From positions 42,720,001 to 42,784,000 of the forward strand of contig NC_086108.1 of NCBI RefSeq assembly GCF_963921235.1: a DNA stretch of 64,000 nt. The letters are read 5' to 3'. A program made the position numbers and the translations under genes. Within the stretch, counting starts at the first letter, position 1. Each line of letters starts with the position of its first letter. Origin of the DNA: Mobula hypostoma (Eukaryota). Below are positions 26,431 through 40,679 of the stretch, one piece after another. Below the pieces are notes generated by a model. It was given only the letters and a program-made list of their open reading frames with translations, had not been told where the DNA came from and ran no database searches.

Positions 26431-28595
26431 GTAAGTTATAATATCTAATACAACTTCTTCATAAAATGGAAAAGTAAAACTTAGAGCGCTGCATCGGTTT
26501 ACTTCCCTTTAGCCAACCCTTTGGTAGTCTGCACTGGCATTTAGGGTCACATTTAGAGTGGTTTTCGGCAGCTGCCTTGGTTTTAATTACAGTAAGTGCG
26601 AGTCCCTGTGCATTGAGTATAAACCCCATTGCACAAGTTCATCTTGTTTTAAACATCCTGGGTCTTTCAAAATCTTTAAATACTCCAATCTTCCTATTGC
26701 GTTGAAAAATCTTTTGCTTTCTGTAAATTTACTGAGAACTTCTCGGTATTACTGACTATAAGGAGCCATGTTCAGAATTTAGCTCGGCAATGCATACAAA
26801 CATTTGGAATAAATTTCATGAAGCTTCTGCCAAAACTTGTTCAACAACATCTACTTGCTGACTGTCGCCTACTTTAAGTAAACTGATCGAGCTGATTAGA
26901 TTGTCCCAATGTTACCGCTAGGAATATTCAACTCAGTTAACATCTCAGGTGAAGGACGGGATTCCCGACCTATGGACCCCTACTGGTCGGTAAACCCCAG
27001 GTTGGGAACCCCATTTCAACATAAATCTAAAAAAACATAGTTATCTTTTTCACTAATTCGTGGTTAAATCTACATTTTGTTTTTGCTCAAGAACATACCC
27101 GTCGACAGGATGATATAAAGATCAGGCGCATTATTAAATATCCATAGATTAAATTGTTAAATCAAGTATGGTTTAACTTTTAAACGACTTTTCACACGGA
27201 TATTTAGTTAACATTTTTGTATATGGTAAATATTTTATCATATTTTCAAGTTCGTTCACTAATTTACTCATTTACTAATTTACTAATTCCTCATGATACA
27301 CGAAGACCGGACAGATGCCGTTTTATCCTATTGATAATTTGAACAGCGAAATTACAGCTCAGAACCTATTAAAAATTATTTTTGTTTGCAGTCTTGGATA
27401 TCAAGAATATTTCGGACCCTCCCTTCTTCGTCCCCACATTAAAATACAAACAAGCAGGGAAATGGATGAAGAAAATCAGCCCCACAAATTGTTTACATGC
27501 TGCATTTGTTTGAAATATACGGTGGCGAAGTTAACACTGCCAACTAATATTCCCCGAATATTTGCGTCATGGATAATACAATTTCCCACTTGGTAATTGC
27601 ATTATTTTTAAAATTGCCTTTTGTTCAGAGATTGGTAAATTATGTTCAACACACACTGATAGGAAGATTACAATCCAACAATCTGCAACAATTCTCCGAG
27701 TTTTAGCGTCAGTTAAGAGCCTACCAAATCCGACTCTAACTGGCTTTATGATAACACTACAAATTCATGAACTAAACGTTTGAACTAAATTGGGGGTAAA
27801 TGTTAGGTAGCTTTATAATCCTTTATTGCCACCTACTGTCCAACTTAAGTGCATGTGATTTTTAAGGAAGTTGGAGCTGTTTGTAATTAACGGTGAAAAG
27901 TCTCTGTCGCTTATCAAACGAGCTAAATGTTTAATAGTAAACGGTGTCACTGGTGTAAATTCTGGAGTGAAAAGTACTCCACGCGAATTGCTCTTTGAAC
28001 ACTTTTGTTAAAATTGCCAATTTTAAAACGAGAAATGCAAAAAAAAATCTTAATTACCATACCATACTGCACCAAATTTACAAAAAGGATCCCTCTTTAT
28101 TTTGTGACATGGAAGTAATAGAAGGGCGGTGGGGGGTGGGGGGGGAATCGCCGTTACTGACTTTTCGACTAGAGGAAATTTAAGTTATCCACAGCTATCC
28201 AAGTCGTGATAATAAGTGTTTTAAAATGTTCTTTTTATATAAGCTGCTCTTATGTCGGGTGCCCCGTTGAATCTGTACCCCAACAATCCAAAGTCCTAGA
28301 TCTGTTGCTTTTGCAAGGCAATTATTTCTTTTTGTGGATGGTGGGGAAGAAACATGTTTTCGGCACAGCAATGTTTAAACAGTGGCTTTCAAACTTCCTG
28401 CCAAAAAAAATCAAAAAGGGGAGCTAATTAATGTTTTATGTAGTTATGTCTTTATTTCAGATTTCCAAGTTTTTGCAGCTGCACACTGATCACACTCTTC
28501 CTCCTCCCATGTTTCTATCCCTGGGCCTGAACTGAGCTTGGGAGGGTTACTGAGTATTGGGCACTTCACACCTTTTAAAGGAGCAGGTGACTGTA

Positions 28596-28914
28596 CAGTC
28601 AATGGCCACTTCATTAGGTACACCTGAACACCTGCTCCTTAATGCAAATATCTAATCAGCCAATCATGTAGCAGTAACTCAATGCATAAAAGCATGCAGA
28701 CATGGTCAAGAGGTTCCGCTGTTCATCAAGATGGGGGGAAGTATAATCTAGGTGACTTTGACCTTGGAATGATTGTTAGTGCCAAATGGGGTGGTTTGGG
28801 TGTGTCTGATCTCCCAGGATATTCTTCAGGCTACAGCAACAGAAGACTGAGAGCATACATTCAGTGGCCACTTTGTTAGAATCAGGAGGTAGCAAATGAA
28901 GTGGCCATTGAGTG
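28596..28914. mobile_element. Tc1/mariner-derived MITE
   Basis: Inverted termini cagtcaatggccacttcatt / aatgaagtggccattgagtg with an internal direct repeat of the terminal motif. Confidence 0.65.
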
Positions 28915-29511
28915 TTCATGATCTCCTAACTTTTCTTTAAACAAATTATATCGGAACTTTTCAGTTGGCTGACTGAAGTGATGTTCAAGATCGCATTCAT
29001 AGGGCATATAGACGAGAAAGCCAAAGGTCTTTTCACGTCCAATATTCACAAAGTCTCTTTAAAAATCTTAAATAATGTAATTTCAAATTGTTTGATCAAT
29101 GTTGGTGTTTTCAATCATAAATATTTAAAGCAGTTACAGACATTACATACCAATTATCTTCTTGTCGGGCCCCATGCTTAACCATATTGAAAAATTGTAT
29201 AATCTCTTTTTATAAGAGTGAAATGAGATTGAGTGAAATGGCTAAATTTTCTAAAGTAACCAAAAGCACAAATAGAAAAAGGCTTCTAACAATTAAAAAA
29301 GATTCCTGGTGAAGTAGTGGAATATCAGACAATGAAACATCATGCTAAGAAGCATACAGATGAATGATCCATAAAGGGACTTAGTTTTATTTCAGAAGTC
29401 AAAGTAAAAAAAAGCATAGTAAAAAAGTGAACTCAACAAACATTAAAGTTAGATAGTTTAAAATATAGTGGTTTTACATTAAGGTACTATCTCTTTTTGT
29501 GGTTGTTTGGC

Positions 29512-30000
29512 AGAATCAGAAACAAGTTTAATTGCATTGACATAAGTTGTGAAATTTGTTGTTTTGTGGCAGCAGTGCAGTGCAGTCATATTATAAGATA
29601 CAAAATGCTGCAAGAGAGAAGTAGCAAGCCAATGTTCATGGGTTCCTGATCTATTCAGAAGTCTGATGGCAGAGGTGAATCAGCTGTCCCTAAGACATTG
29701 AGCCTGGGTCTTCAGGTTTCTGTACCTCCTCCATGGTGGTAGTAATGAGAAGACGTCACATCCTGGATGTTGATGGTCCTTAGTAATGGATGCTGCCTTC
29801 TTAAGGCACCACTTACGGAGGATGTCCTCAAAGGTGGGGAGAGTTGTGCCCACGATAGAGTTGGCTGAGTCTTTTATGATCCTGTGTAATGGCACTTCCA
29901 TATCAGAGAGCGGTGCAACCAATTAGAATGCCCTCCACTGTACATCTCTTGAAATTTGCTATTTTATGACATATCAAATATCGTCAAACTCCTAATAAAG
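29512..30000 (-). mobile_element. Rex1/Babar-type LINE 3' fragment
   Basis: CLKKAASITKDHQHPG..FSLLP; tail read as agaatcagaa on the + strand. Confidence 0.75.
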
Positions 30001-30126
30001 TATCGTATAATACATTTAACCCAACAAAATCCATTAGATTCAATATTTATCAGCTTTATGATAAGTAACCAATTGTGTAAGCTGTGACACGAAAAGGCAT
30101 AATTTTTTTTTAAACTATGTTCACAG

Positions 30127-30387
30127 GATTTGCCATCACAGAAATATCAGCAGTGGATTCATCCAAGTTAAACGTATCATGGACTCCATATCCTAAAGCT
30201 AATGCTTATGTTCTTGACCTAAGGATTGCAAATAATACTAGAAGTCTACCATTCATCGTTGTGACACCTTCATTTATCACTACAAAAATATTTCCAAGGT
30301 TACGAGCCGGAGTACTCTATAATGTTACCGTCAAAGCATTTAGATATTTTACCATACTTGCTTCCACATGGCAAACAGCAAGGACAG
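30127..30387 (+). CDS. FNDC7-like gene, exon 3, fibronectin type III domain
   Basis: cag|GATTT...ACAG|gtaaga, 261 nt, phase 1-1; FN3 signature LNVSW...Y...LRAGVLYNVTVKA. Confidence 0.9.
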
Positions 30388-31126
30388 GTAAGACAATGAC
30401 ACATACTTAATGGATGCTGGGGTTGGATTTCCTTCCTCCTACTTTCGGTGCGTCAATCTATCTCTGGGGTAGAGAGCTGTGGGTTTGAATCCCACACCAA
30501 GCACGTACGCATGTATTTCTGACTAGTCGCATTGTTGTGGTGGGTGTGGCAGCTTTGCAGGTGCCAGTGTTCGATTAGATGTACTGAATGCTTCTCTTTC
30601 ACAGACAGCCTGCGCATTTCCAAAATGTTCTGCTTAGTATTTAAGGGAAATGGAATGAATAGCGTAATGGTTCGTCGGTGGCACAAAACCATCTTTGGTT
30701 CAGATGGAGTTCATAGGTCATACACCAAAAACAGGACAATGAGTCCTTCTGCTCCCTTGCAATCATTCTTCCCTCAAATACCAAGAGAACAGATTAACAA
30801 ATAATCTGTTTGCGGGGTTTGTGACAATGTTTGTCTGAATAATAACAATGCTGGTATTGCAAAGTGATCTTGGACTGTGTTAGCAATGTGCTTTAAGAGA
30901 AGGGTGAGAGATTCCAACTTGCACCTTCCCAAAAGTCGTTCAGTGTTCTCAAGCCTTGTCTAATGCAGGGAGACTTGGTAATTATGAGCTGGTATTGTTG
31001 CACTGATTATGTAAAATGCGTATTACAGACTGCATAAGAGGGTTTTGTGTTGGTCATCGCAGACAAACAAAAGCAAAAATATTTTCCTGCAGATTTAATC
31101 TGATTTGCTTACTGGATGCCTTAAAT

Positions 31127-32123
31127 CAACGGTCCCCAACCACCGGGCCGCAAAGCATGTGCTACCGGGCCGTGAGGAAACAATATGAGTCAGCTGCACC
31201 TTTCCTCATTCCCTGTCACGCACCGTTGAACTTGAACATAGGGTTGCCAACTGTCCGGTATTTGCCAGGACATCCCGTACATTGGGCTAAATTGGTTTGT
31301 CCCATACAGGACTGCCCTTGTCCCGTATTTCCCCCGCAAAGGTAGAGCGTTCCTATGAAACCTTTAGTGCCAAAATGGCGTAAAGCAAAGAAGCAATTAC
31401 CATTAATTTATATGGGGAAAACTTTTGAGCGTTCCCAGACCCAAAAAATAACCTACCAAATCATACCAAATAACACAAAAAACTGAAAATAAATAACACT
31501 AACATATAGTAAAAGCAGGAATGATATGATAAATACACAGCTTATATAAAGTAGAAATAATATATGTACAGTATAGTCGGGAAGATTAAGCCAAAACCGA
31601 ATTTATGGGGGAAAAAATCAGCACGTACACGCATGCGCACACCACATATGCACACGTCACGCATGCGCACACAAGTGCCCGCGCAAGGCTTCATGGTCAT
31701 GGTAGCATGAGGGATTCTGTAGATGCTGGAAATTCAAGCAACACACATCAAAGTTGCTTGTGAACGCAGCAGGCCAGGCAGTGTCTCTAGGAAGAGGTAC
31801 AGTCGACGTTTTGGGCCGAAACCCTTCGTCCTGACAAAGGGTCTCAGCCCAAAACGTCGACTGACCCTCTTCCTAGAGATGCTGCGTGGCCTGCTGCATT
31901 CACCAGCAACCTTGATGGTCATGGTAGTCTTTCTCGGGGTAAACACCTCCCGTATTTGACTGCTACTTTTATCCCTTATTTGGGATTGAGAAAGTTGGCA
32001 ACCCTCACTGTAAGAGACATGTTGAGGTGAGTTTAACCCTACTTGAACACCCCCCCCCCAGGTCAGCAAGAATATTGTCAATATTAAACTGGTCTGCAGC
32101 GCAAAAAAGGTTGGGGACACCAG
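31127..32123. mobile_element. Non-autonomous hAT element (MITE-like) carrying a Penelope fold-back insert
   Basis: TIRs caacggtccccaacc / ggttggggacaccag; 8-bp TSD CCTTAAAT (31119-31126, 32124-32131); internal inverted agggttgccaac motif. Confidence 0.85.
31706..31914. mobile_element. Palindromic Penelope-like pseudo-LTR insertion
   Basis: Inverted arms of about 85 bp meeting near 31831; 13-bp TSD ATGGTCATGGTAG (31693-31705, 31915-31927). Confidence 0.82.
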
Positions 32124-34085
32124 CCTTAAATCAATAGAATAATATTGGGAGGGATCTAAAAATTTCATCTAATCCTGTAGGAATTCCCACCCAATTCATT
32201 CAGTTGAATAATCGATTCACTTTCTATCTCATAATCCAGCTATCCCCTTGTTATGTGGAGTGTGAACACAGGCAAGTCCTAAGTTGCAACCAAACTGGTG
32301 GGACGCTCCCTCTAGTTCAGCTTTTTTCTCCCCCCTTTGGAAATATGGCTATCCAACTTTGGCTCTTTTCCCAAAGTTCTGTACCAGTTTATCAATAAAG
32401 GTTTTGTATCTTTGCAATTTATGTGTGCCAACTCTGAGCGGCAATGTGTTTCATTGTAATTGTTTGCGTAAATTACTGAAAATAATCTGCTCAAAAGGAT
32501 ATCATCACCCTCACAGCACAATGGCTGCTATTATCGCAGACAATAGGACACTGATAATACTGTATATCAGCAGCACCTTAATGCAAAAATAAAATGAAGG
32601 GTTGGACAAGGGGTAATTCATACATTTAAAGAGAAAAGACAAGGTAGAGGGCAGTAAAAGAATTTGGTAAAAGTAAGCAAAGTGTGATGAATCTCACCTC
32701 GTCCCACTAACAACTTTCCTGTGCCTCCAGTTTGAGCCAGCAAAGCCAGATGATCTCGTTATCTATCTGTTATCATAGTGTCATTTGTGGGAGCTTGCTG
32801 TGCACAGATGGGATGGTGTGTTTCCTAGGCTGACTGCGCCTTGAGTACTTTTTTGGCACTGAAGTACTTTGGGAAATCTGAAGATCTTGAAATGCAACCT
32901 AACTGCAATTCTTTCTTCAGTTCAGAGAGAGAGTGGAAGCATGAAATTTGCCTTAATGATGAGGTCAATGGAAGTTTAGCCGTAATTACATGGGAATTTG
33001 TTGAGGAAGTACAGTTGAAGTCAGGGATTAACGATGATCTAACTGAGTGTGATGCTGGTTGAAAGGGCTGAGTGGCCTAGTCTGATTCATATCACTATGT
33101 TCCGGCAGTATACGTTGGAATACAGATTTTTTTCGATGTACAGACATAAGGTTTATGAATTGTTGCTATAACACATTGACTCTATGGAGGTATGCATTTC
33201 AGTTTATGGAGCTATTTTTCAATGTATGAATAGGGGAACTCCACACTATATATAGGAACACACTATATCAAAACGTCCATTATGTATTTTTCCAGCCTTT
33301 TTAAAGTTAGGAAATTTTGTTTCCTGAAAGGTTTTGACTAAACACATCCCTCTCACAAATGGAAGAATGGCCACAATTGAGTATGAATTGTAATTTAGTA
33401 TTGTTTGAAGTCAAGGCAATGCAGGGCCTTGACAGATGAATATGAGAAGATGTATAATTATCTGCTGCACTGCCCCAACGCTTGATCAAATGCTCAAGTT
33501 CGAACAGGTTCCAGTGTTAGAAGGGGAAAAAAGTCAGGTTAACTTACTCATAGAACATAGAACTAATATGTTCTATGAACATAGCACAGGAATAGATCAT
33601 TTAGCCCATACTGTGGTGCCAAGCTAATTAAAGTAGTAATTAAACACTTAACAAAAGTAATCCATTCAGGCTATAAAACATCCATTTCTCTATATTTTCA
33701 TGTGTCTAACTAAGACCCTCTGAAACATCGCTATCTATTTTGCCTCCTCTACCATCCCTGGCAGTGTATTCCAGGCACCCACCATGCTTGTATAATTTTT
33801 CCTTAAACTCTCCTAACAATGAACCAGATACAACAAGAAGGCCCAGCATTGTCTGTCTGGTGCCCTCTCAGTTTAGCATGTACAGAGTATGGAGGGGAGA
33901 TATATTCTGAGATAACATACAGCAATAACTCAAAGTAAGCATCAAGTTATTAACTTGAAATGTTCATAGTCCTGGAAATATTGTGCATATCTAAACATTC
34001 TAGCAGTTTAAGCATTTTAATTATGTACCTTTCCAAAGCACAGTCTAGTTGATCATTGTTCCATTTTATTTATTTACTCATGAAG

Positions 34086-34340
34086 TGCCGAACAGACCGC
34101 AGTTGCTCAGCTTAAAATCTAATTCAAGTTCAACAATCATCGTGAAGTGGACCCAAGTACTAGGAGCAGATCGATATCTTCTGAATGTGAAATCCCACAC
34201 CAGTGATTATAATTTGACATTTTACAAAAACAATGGAGTTGTCACAGGTTTGGATTCTTCCACTGTCTACAGAATTACTGTTTTTGCAGCAAATTCGGCT
34301 GGTGTTGGAGGTGCAAGCAAAACAAAGAACATCGTCACCT
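34086..34340 (+). CDS. FNDC7-like gene, exon 4, fibronectin type III domain
   Basis: aag|TGCCG...ACCT|gtaagt, 255 nt, phase 1-1; IIVKWTQVLGADRYLL...VTGLDSSTVYRITVFAANSAG resembles the FN3 repeats of FNDC7. Confidence 0.9.
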
Positions 34341-35859
34341 GTAAGTATACTTTCTTGTCAAATCTCCATTCATATAATCTAACTTAAAGTAAATGTTGCA
34401 ATCAGGATATTTATGTTAATTTGGTCGCTAATTTAAATAGTCTCATATCATTGCTCTTGAAAGCTGTTGAATTATGAGGTATCTGGTCCTGGCTATGAAT
34501 GTGGCAAAATGCAAACCCAAGGAATTCTGTGCAGTTTTAGGTTGAAGTTAGCAGCAACTAGAGGAACCTTGTTCCTTGTCCTCTGTCCCTACTACTTCTC
34601 TACGGCAATATCAAGTTAAACTGTGGTAACTTCTACCTATTCTTATAAACCATCACCTGCAGCCCCATGCTCTTCCTGAAGATGATGGATCAATTTGTCA
34701 ATTGTTTATACTGAGATAATTTGCCCTTCTGACATTGGCAAATCAGAAAGGACCATTTCAAAGCAATTTGTATCAATTTCAGAAAGGACAATTTCAAAGC
34801 ATATCCCTCAAAGCAAATGAAAGATGGTTACACTTCCCTCTTTAAGGCGATAGAGTAGCATCCTGATGACAGAGTAGCAGCTGACTTTACAGAGTGGAAA
34901 TCACCTTGTGTTTACATGATGCTGTCCCAAGCCATAAGACAGGGCGAAGGTGAGAACAAATTAACTTGGAACAGATACAGAAAGACTTCTGGATTTCACT
35001 GATAATATCAGAATGCTTTCTGTGGACACTTCATGTTTTATTTTCAGCCGCAAAACATCTAGTTATATGCTGCAAAAAAAAAGGACTAAGTTTGGGATGT
35101 TGCCAAGTTAATGGAAAAAATGATAGGGCTCTACAGCTTGCTGAATCAACTGCTCGCTTCTCATGGTGAAGAACTTACCATATTTTGGTGATGGAAATGG
35201 GGGAAACATAAGAAGTTATCCCATTTTTCTCTTTCAGGATCTGGTTTCTTTCTCTGTTGCCAACTTTACCCTGCTCTCTGCTTGGTTCTGGGCTTTCTCT
35301 GACTTCAATCGCAAACTTGGCCTCTCTTGGGCTTTGTGATCTAGGTCTTCTGTACTAATCTCGACCCACCCCCACACATCCCCTTCCCATCATCCTCTTA
35401 ACTAAAGTTTCATAAATAAAATCTTGATATATGCACCAGGTCTTTTTTGTGTAGCTTGTCATTGATTCCATGGTATTTCTGTTCTACTGTGAATGCTTGT
35501 AAGAAAATGAATCTCGGGGGTAGTATGTAGTGATGCATTTGTACTTTGATGATAAATTTACTTTGAGCTTTGATATATCCCTTGAAGCATTTCTGCTGCT
35601 CACAACTGTAGAACAGAAGCAGTAGGAGATGATGACAGGAAGAATGAATCCCTGGGGAAAGCCAATAGTAAGAAACAAAGGTCAAGGAAAAGCGAACAGA
35701 GGCAATGTAAGATAAGGCAGGAGGGGAAAAGCAGGAAAAATCTGGGAGAACTGGTAATGTTACAGCATGGGAACAGAACAGTTGAGCATGGTAGGACTAC
35801 TGTTCTGAGTTGTGTTTATTTCAGTGCAAGGAGTATTGTAGGTAAGGCAGACAAGCTTA

Positions 35860-37979
35860 CAGCATGAATCAGCACGTGGACTGGCAGCTCAGTGTTCTAG
35901 GGTTCCGTTGTTTTAGACATGCAAGAAGGAGTGGTATTAAAGAGGGAGGGGTGGCATTACTAATCAGGGAAAATGTCACAGCAGTGTTCAGATAGGCTAG
36001 ATTGTAGGGTTTGGCTACTGAAGTTGCACGGGTGGAACTGAGGAATAGGAAAAGGGTGACCAAATTAGTGGGATTATACAATTGAACACCGAGTAGCCAG
36101 CAGGATGTAGAGAAGCAAATTTGTAGAGAGATAGCACACAGTTGCAAGAAAAATAAGGTGGTGATAGTAGATGGTTTTAACTTTCCAAATTAGTCAAAAT
36201 TTGGATTTCCAGTCAAGGGAATCCCATACTGTAAAAGTACTGGATGGGATAGAGTTTGTCAAACATGTTCAGGAGAATTTCTCAAATCAACAAAAAAGTG
36301 GTCCCAACTAGAGAGAGCTTGATACTGGATCTCCTATTAGGCAATGAGACAGGTCAAATGACAGAAGTGTTTGTAGGAGAATAATTTGGATTTAATAAGC
36401 ATAATTCCATTAGCTTCAAGATAATTATGGAGATGGATAGGTTTGGTCTTTGGGTTGGGATTCAAAATTGGAGAAAAACCAATTTTGATGGCATCAGAAA
36501 AGATCTGGCATGTGTGGATTGAGAAGAGTTGCTTTCTGGCAAATGGATTTTTGGTAAGCGGGAGGCCTTCAAAAGTGAAATATTAAGTATATTAAATATA
36601 TATATTTAATATATTAATATATTAAATATTCAAGTACAGAATTTGTACATTCCTGTCAGAATAAAAGGCAAGGCTAGCAGGTAAAGAGAACCTTGGTTTT
36701 GAGAGATATTGAGGCGGATAAGAAGAAGGAGGTGCATAAAGAGGTATAGACAGTTAGGATCAAATGAGGCACTTTGCAAGAGAACACTTAAGAAAGAAAT
36801 CATGAGAGTTAAAAGAGGACATGAGGTTACTCTGGCAGACAAGATGAAGGAAAATCTCAAGGGCTTTTTCAGATGTATTAAGAGCAGGGGTCAAAATTTG
36901 TCCACTTAAAAATCAGAGTGGTCATTTATGCATGGAGCTAAAAGAGATGAGGGAGATCTTAAAAGGATTTTTGCGTTTATGTTTACCAGGGAGATAGGTA
37001 GACGGTCTATAGAACTGAGGCAAAACAGTAGAGAGGTCATGAACCAAATCCAGATTACAGAAGAGGGGTTGCTTGCTATCTTGAGGCAAATTAGGGTGAA
37101 TAAATCCCTGGGGCCTGACAAGGTTCTTCCCTCTGATCTTGTGGGAGGTTAGTGCAGAAATTGCAGCGCCCTAGCAGGGGTACTTAAAAACGGTCCTTAA
37201 CCACAAGTGAGGTGCCATAGAACTAGAGGTTTGCTAATGTTGTTCCGTCATTCAAGAAAGGTTCTAAGAATAAATCAGAAATATACAGAGCCATAATCCC
37301 GTGAAAGTGGCATCATACTCGTACGTAGAGAACGCTGTAAAGAAAACTTCTGGCACATTGGAATTCATAGGTCAAAGTATTGAGTACAGCAGTTGCAATG
37401 TTATGTTTAAGTTGTATAAGACATTGGTGAGGCCTAATTTGCAGTATTGTGTGCTGTTTTGGTCATCTACTTATAGGAAAGATGTCAATAAGATTGAAAA
37501 AGTACAGAAAGAGTTTACAAGGACGTAGCCAGGACTTGACGAGCTGAGTTATTGGGAAAGGTTGAATAGGTTAGGGCTTTATTCACAACAGCAAGGGAGA
37601 ATGAGAGGAGATTTGATAGTGGTATACAAAATTATGAGTGATATAGATAGGGTAAATGCAAGCAGCCAAGAAGGGTGAAAGGCAACTTGATAGAGGTGCA
37701 TAAGATGATAAGAGTGGACAGCCAGCACCTTTTTCCCAGGGCTGCAGTGGCGAACACCAGAAGATATGCTTTTAAGGTAATTGGAGGTAAGTATAGGGGG
37801 AACGTCAGAGGTAGGTTTCTACAGAGAGTGGTGAGTGCATGGAATGCACCACCTTGGGTGGTGGTAGAGGCAGATACATTAGGGATATTTAAGAAACTCC
37901 TAGACAAGCACAAGGACAGAAGAAAAATTGAGGGCTATATAGGATGGAAAGGTTTGATCGATCTTAGAGTAGGTTAAGA
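35860..37979 (+). mobile_element. CR1 LINE, decayed; its 3' tail continues at 44539-44600 after the hAT insertion
   Basis: APE and RT-adjacent remnants (KSLGPD, LYKTLVRPNLQYCVLFW); CR1 3' UTR. Confidence 0.85.
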
Positions 37980-38202
37980 CAGAGGCTCTCTACCTCTTTT
38001 TGCTGGTGGCCCGCTTTTGATTTTCATTTACCTCTGTGGCCCCCATCTTCCATAAGCTTCTGTTCGTTAATAAAGTGTTTTGTTTTTGGTCAACTGTTCT
38101 AATTATTCTAATACACAGTCAATATTTATGTTTTAACAGGTTATAGATATTATATATTAAATATAATGTTACAGGTATGAATGAAAATTAAAACTATTTT
38201 AA

Positions 38203-39390
38203 AGCAACACACACAAAATGTTGGAGGAACTCAGCAGGTCAGGCAGCATCTATGGAAATGAATAAACAGTCAACATTTTGGGCCAAGACCCTTCTTCAGG
38301 ACTGGAAAGGAAGGAGGAAGATGACTGAATAAAGAGGTGGGGGGAAGGGAAGGGGGATAGCTTGAAGGTGATATGTGAAGCCAGGTGGGCAGGAAAAGTA
38401 AAGAGCTGGAGAAGAAGAAATCTGATAGGAGCCAAGACTGGACCATAGGACAAAGGGAAGGAGGAGGGGACCCGGGGGAGGCCATAGGCAGGTGAGAAGA
38501 GGTAAAGAGCCAGAGTGGGGAATACAAGTGGGGACGGGAGAGGGAAAATGTTTTTACCAGAAGGAGAAATCGATATTCGTACCATCAGGTTGGAGGCTAC
38601 CCAAACTGTTTTATAGACAGAATATAAGGTGTTGCTTCTCCACTCTAAGGGTGTCTCATTGTGGCACCAGAGGAGGCCATGGACCGACATGTCAGGACAG
38701 GAATAGGACTTAGAATTAAAATGTTTGGCCACTGGGAGGTTCCGCTTTTTGTCGATGGAGCAGAGATGCTCGACAAAGCAGTCCCCCAGTTTATGGTGGG
38801 TGTCACCATATAGAGTAGGCTGCATCGGGAACACTGGACGCAATAGACAACCCCAGCAGATTTGCAGTTGAAGTGTTTCCTCACCTGGAAGTACTGTTTA
38901 GGATCCTGAATGGAGGGGAGAGAGAAGGTGAATGGACAGATGTAGCTTTTGGGCACTTGCAGGGAAAAGTGCCGGGAGGGAGATAAGTGGGGAGAGGTGA
39001 ATGGATAAGGGAATCAGAGAAGGAGTGATCCCTGCAGAAAGCAGGGGGAGGGGTGTAGATTAAGATATGTTTGGTAATAGGATCCCTTTGGAGATGATAG
39101 AAGTTATAGAGAATGATGTGTTGAATGCGTAGGTAAAGACAAGAGGAACTCTAACACTGTTATGGTGGTGGGAGGATGGAGTGAGCACGAATGTTCGGGA
39201 AGTGGAGGAGATGCGGGTGAGGGCATTCTTGGTTCTTTGAATAGAAGGATGTTTCTAAGGTCCTAGAAAGGAAAGCCACATCCTGGAAACATATGCAACA
39301 TGGATGAAGGAACCCAGAAAAAGGTGTAGCATTTTTACAGGAGATAGGATGTGAGAGGTATAGTCAGGATAACCATGGGAATTGGTTGGT
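38203..39390 (-). mobile_element. Penelope-like element 3' part with GIY-YIG endonuclease remnant
   Basis: FNCKSAGVVYCVQCSRCSLLY / GDT...LGDCFVEHL...VAKHFN; pseudo-LTR with decayed hammerhead at about 38265-38305. Confidence 0.85.
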
Positions 39391-40679
39391 TGAACTTTGA
39401 AACTATTTCAAAGTTCTCAATAGGATACTTTATTTATAATATATATAATATTCTTCCAACCAGAAATGAAAAAGCACTTAATACTTTGCATATTTAGTGA
39501 GATCCTGGCGACTGATGCAGACTAGCGAGTTTTTGAATATCTGGTTGCAACTTGATCAAAGGTAATCAAAAATCACCTCTTTTCACAACATCAAGATGGT
39601 TATAAGCTTTGGATGGCAGGTGAAGAGTTTGACTAAAACCACATTCAATTACAAAGTTTGTAGACAAGAGGTGGGAAATCCAATTAAAATAACTTTGCTT
39701 TCTCCCAGAGCTGTGGAAACTGATTTGGAATATCACAAGTTATCCAGAAATTTTGTTTGCTGTGTTTTGAATTTTGCTTGAGATGTTATATCACTCTGCA
39801 GCTCAGTAAGACTTTCTTGCAATGTGGTGTCAACATTATTCACATTCTCCCCAAATGGATCCACCACCCAATCTGGAATATGCAACTCCAGTAGGAATCT
39901 GAACCAAAATTCCATATCAGTGTGCAGTTGTTTCAAATGAAATAATTTCCAATTGAGGATCAATAAAGTACTTATTAATATTATACAATCAGATCATCAT
40001 CTTGCAATTCTATTTTAAGAGTGGCCAGTGAAGGAAATTGCATAAACTTGCAACATCCAATATTGCTGCTAAAAAGTTTTGAGTTTTCCAAGGAAAGTGG
40101 TCATAGCCTCTTTCCATGATTTGAGATTGCAGTTTTTTTTCCCTTGTAACTGTCCATTTAATAAATTCAGTTTTTCAAATGTATTTGACAGGTAAAATAT
40201 GTCAGACTTAGCAGTAACAATTTGTTCTCCAAGCTGCTTATCACTTAGAAATGCTGCAATCGTGTCTCAGAATACACCAAAGCGACAAAGACAATTACCT
40301 TTTGATAACCATCAGCCTTCTGTATGCATTAGTAACCCATTCAAAATCTTCTTTGTTTGCTGCCTTCATGTCATGTCAGGTTTCATAAGTCATTGGAAGG
40401 CAAACAGAAGTTTGTGATTTAGGATGGATGTGGAACTGGGCTCAGCGGGCCGCCTTGCAGGGCGTGAACAGTGATTTGTGCGCAGCCAAGCAAGAGCAGA
40501 GATAACCATTGATGTGCAGCACCACAGACACACTCACAGGCCAATCTGTTTCGCTGCCTTATTTGCATCACCTAGCATATTTTTCCATTCATTTCATTCA
40601 AGGTTGCAATTAAATTACATATCTTAATTTTGTTTTATTTTATATATATTAATATTTCATTAAAACAGCAAAAAGAGTT

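Noticed and set aside
36578..36630. AT-rich quasi-palindrome within CR1
   Set aside because: Low-complexity slippage expansion.
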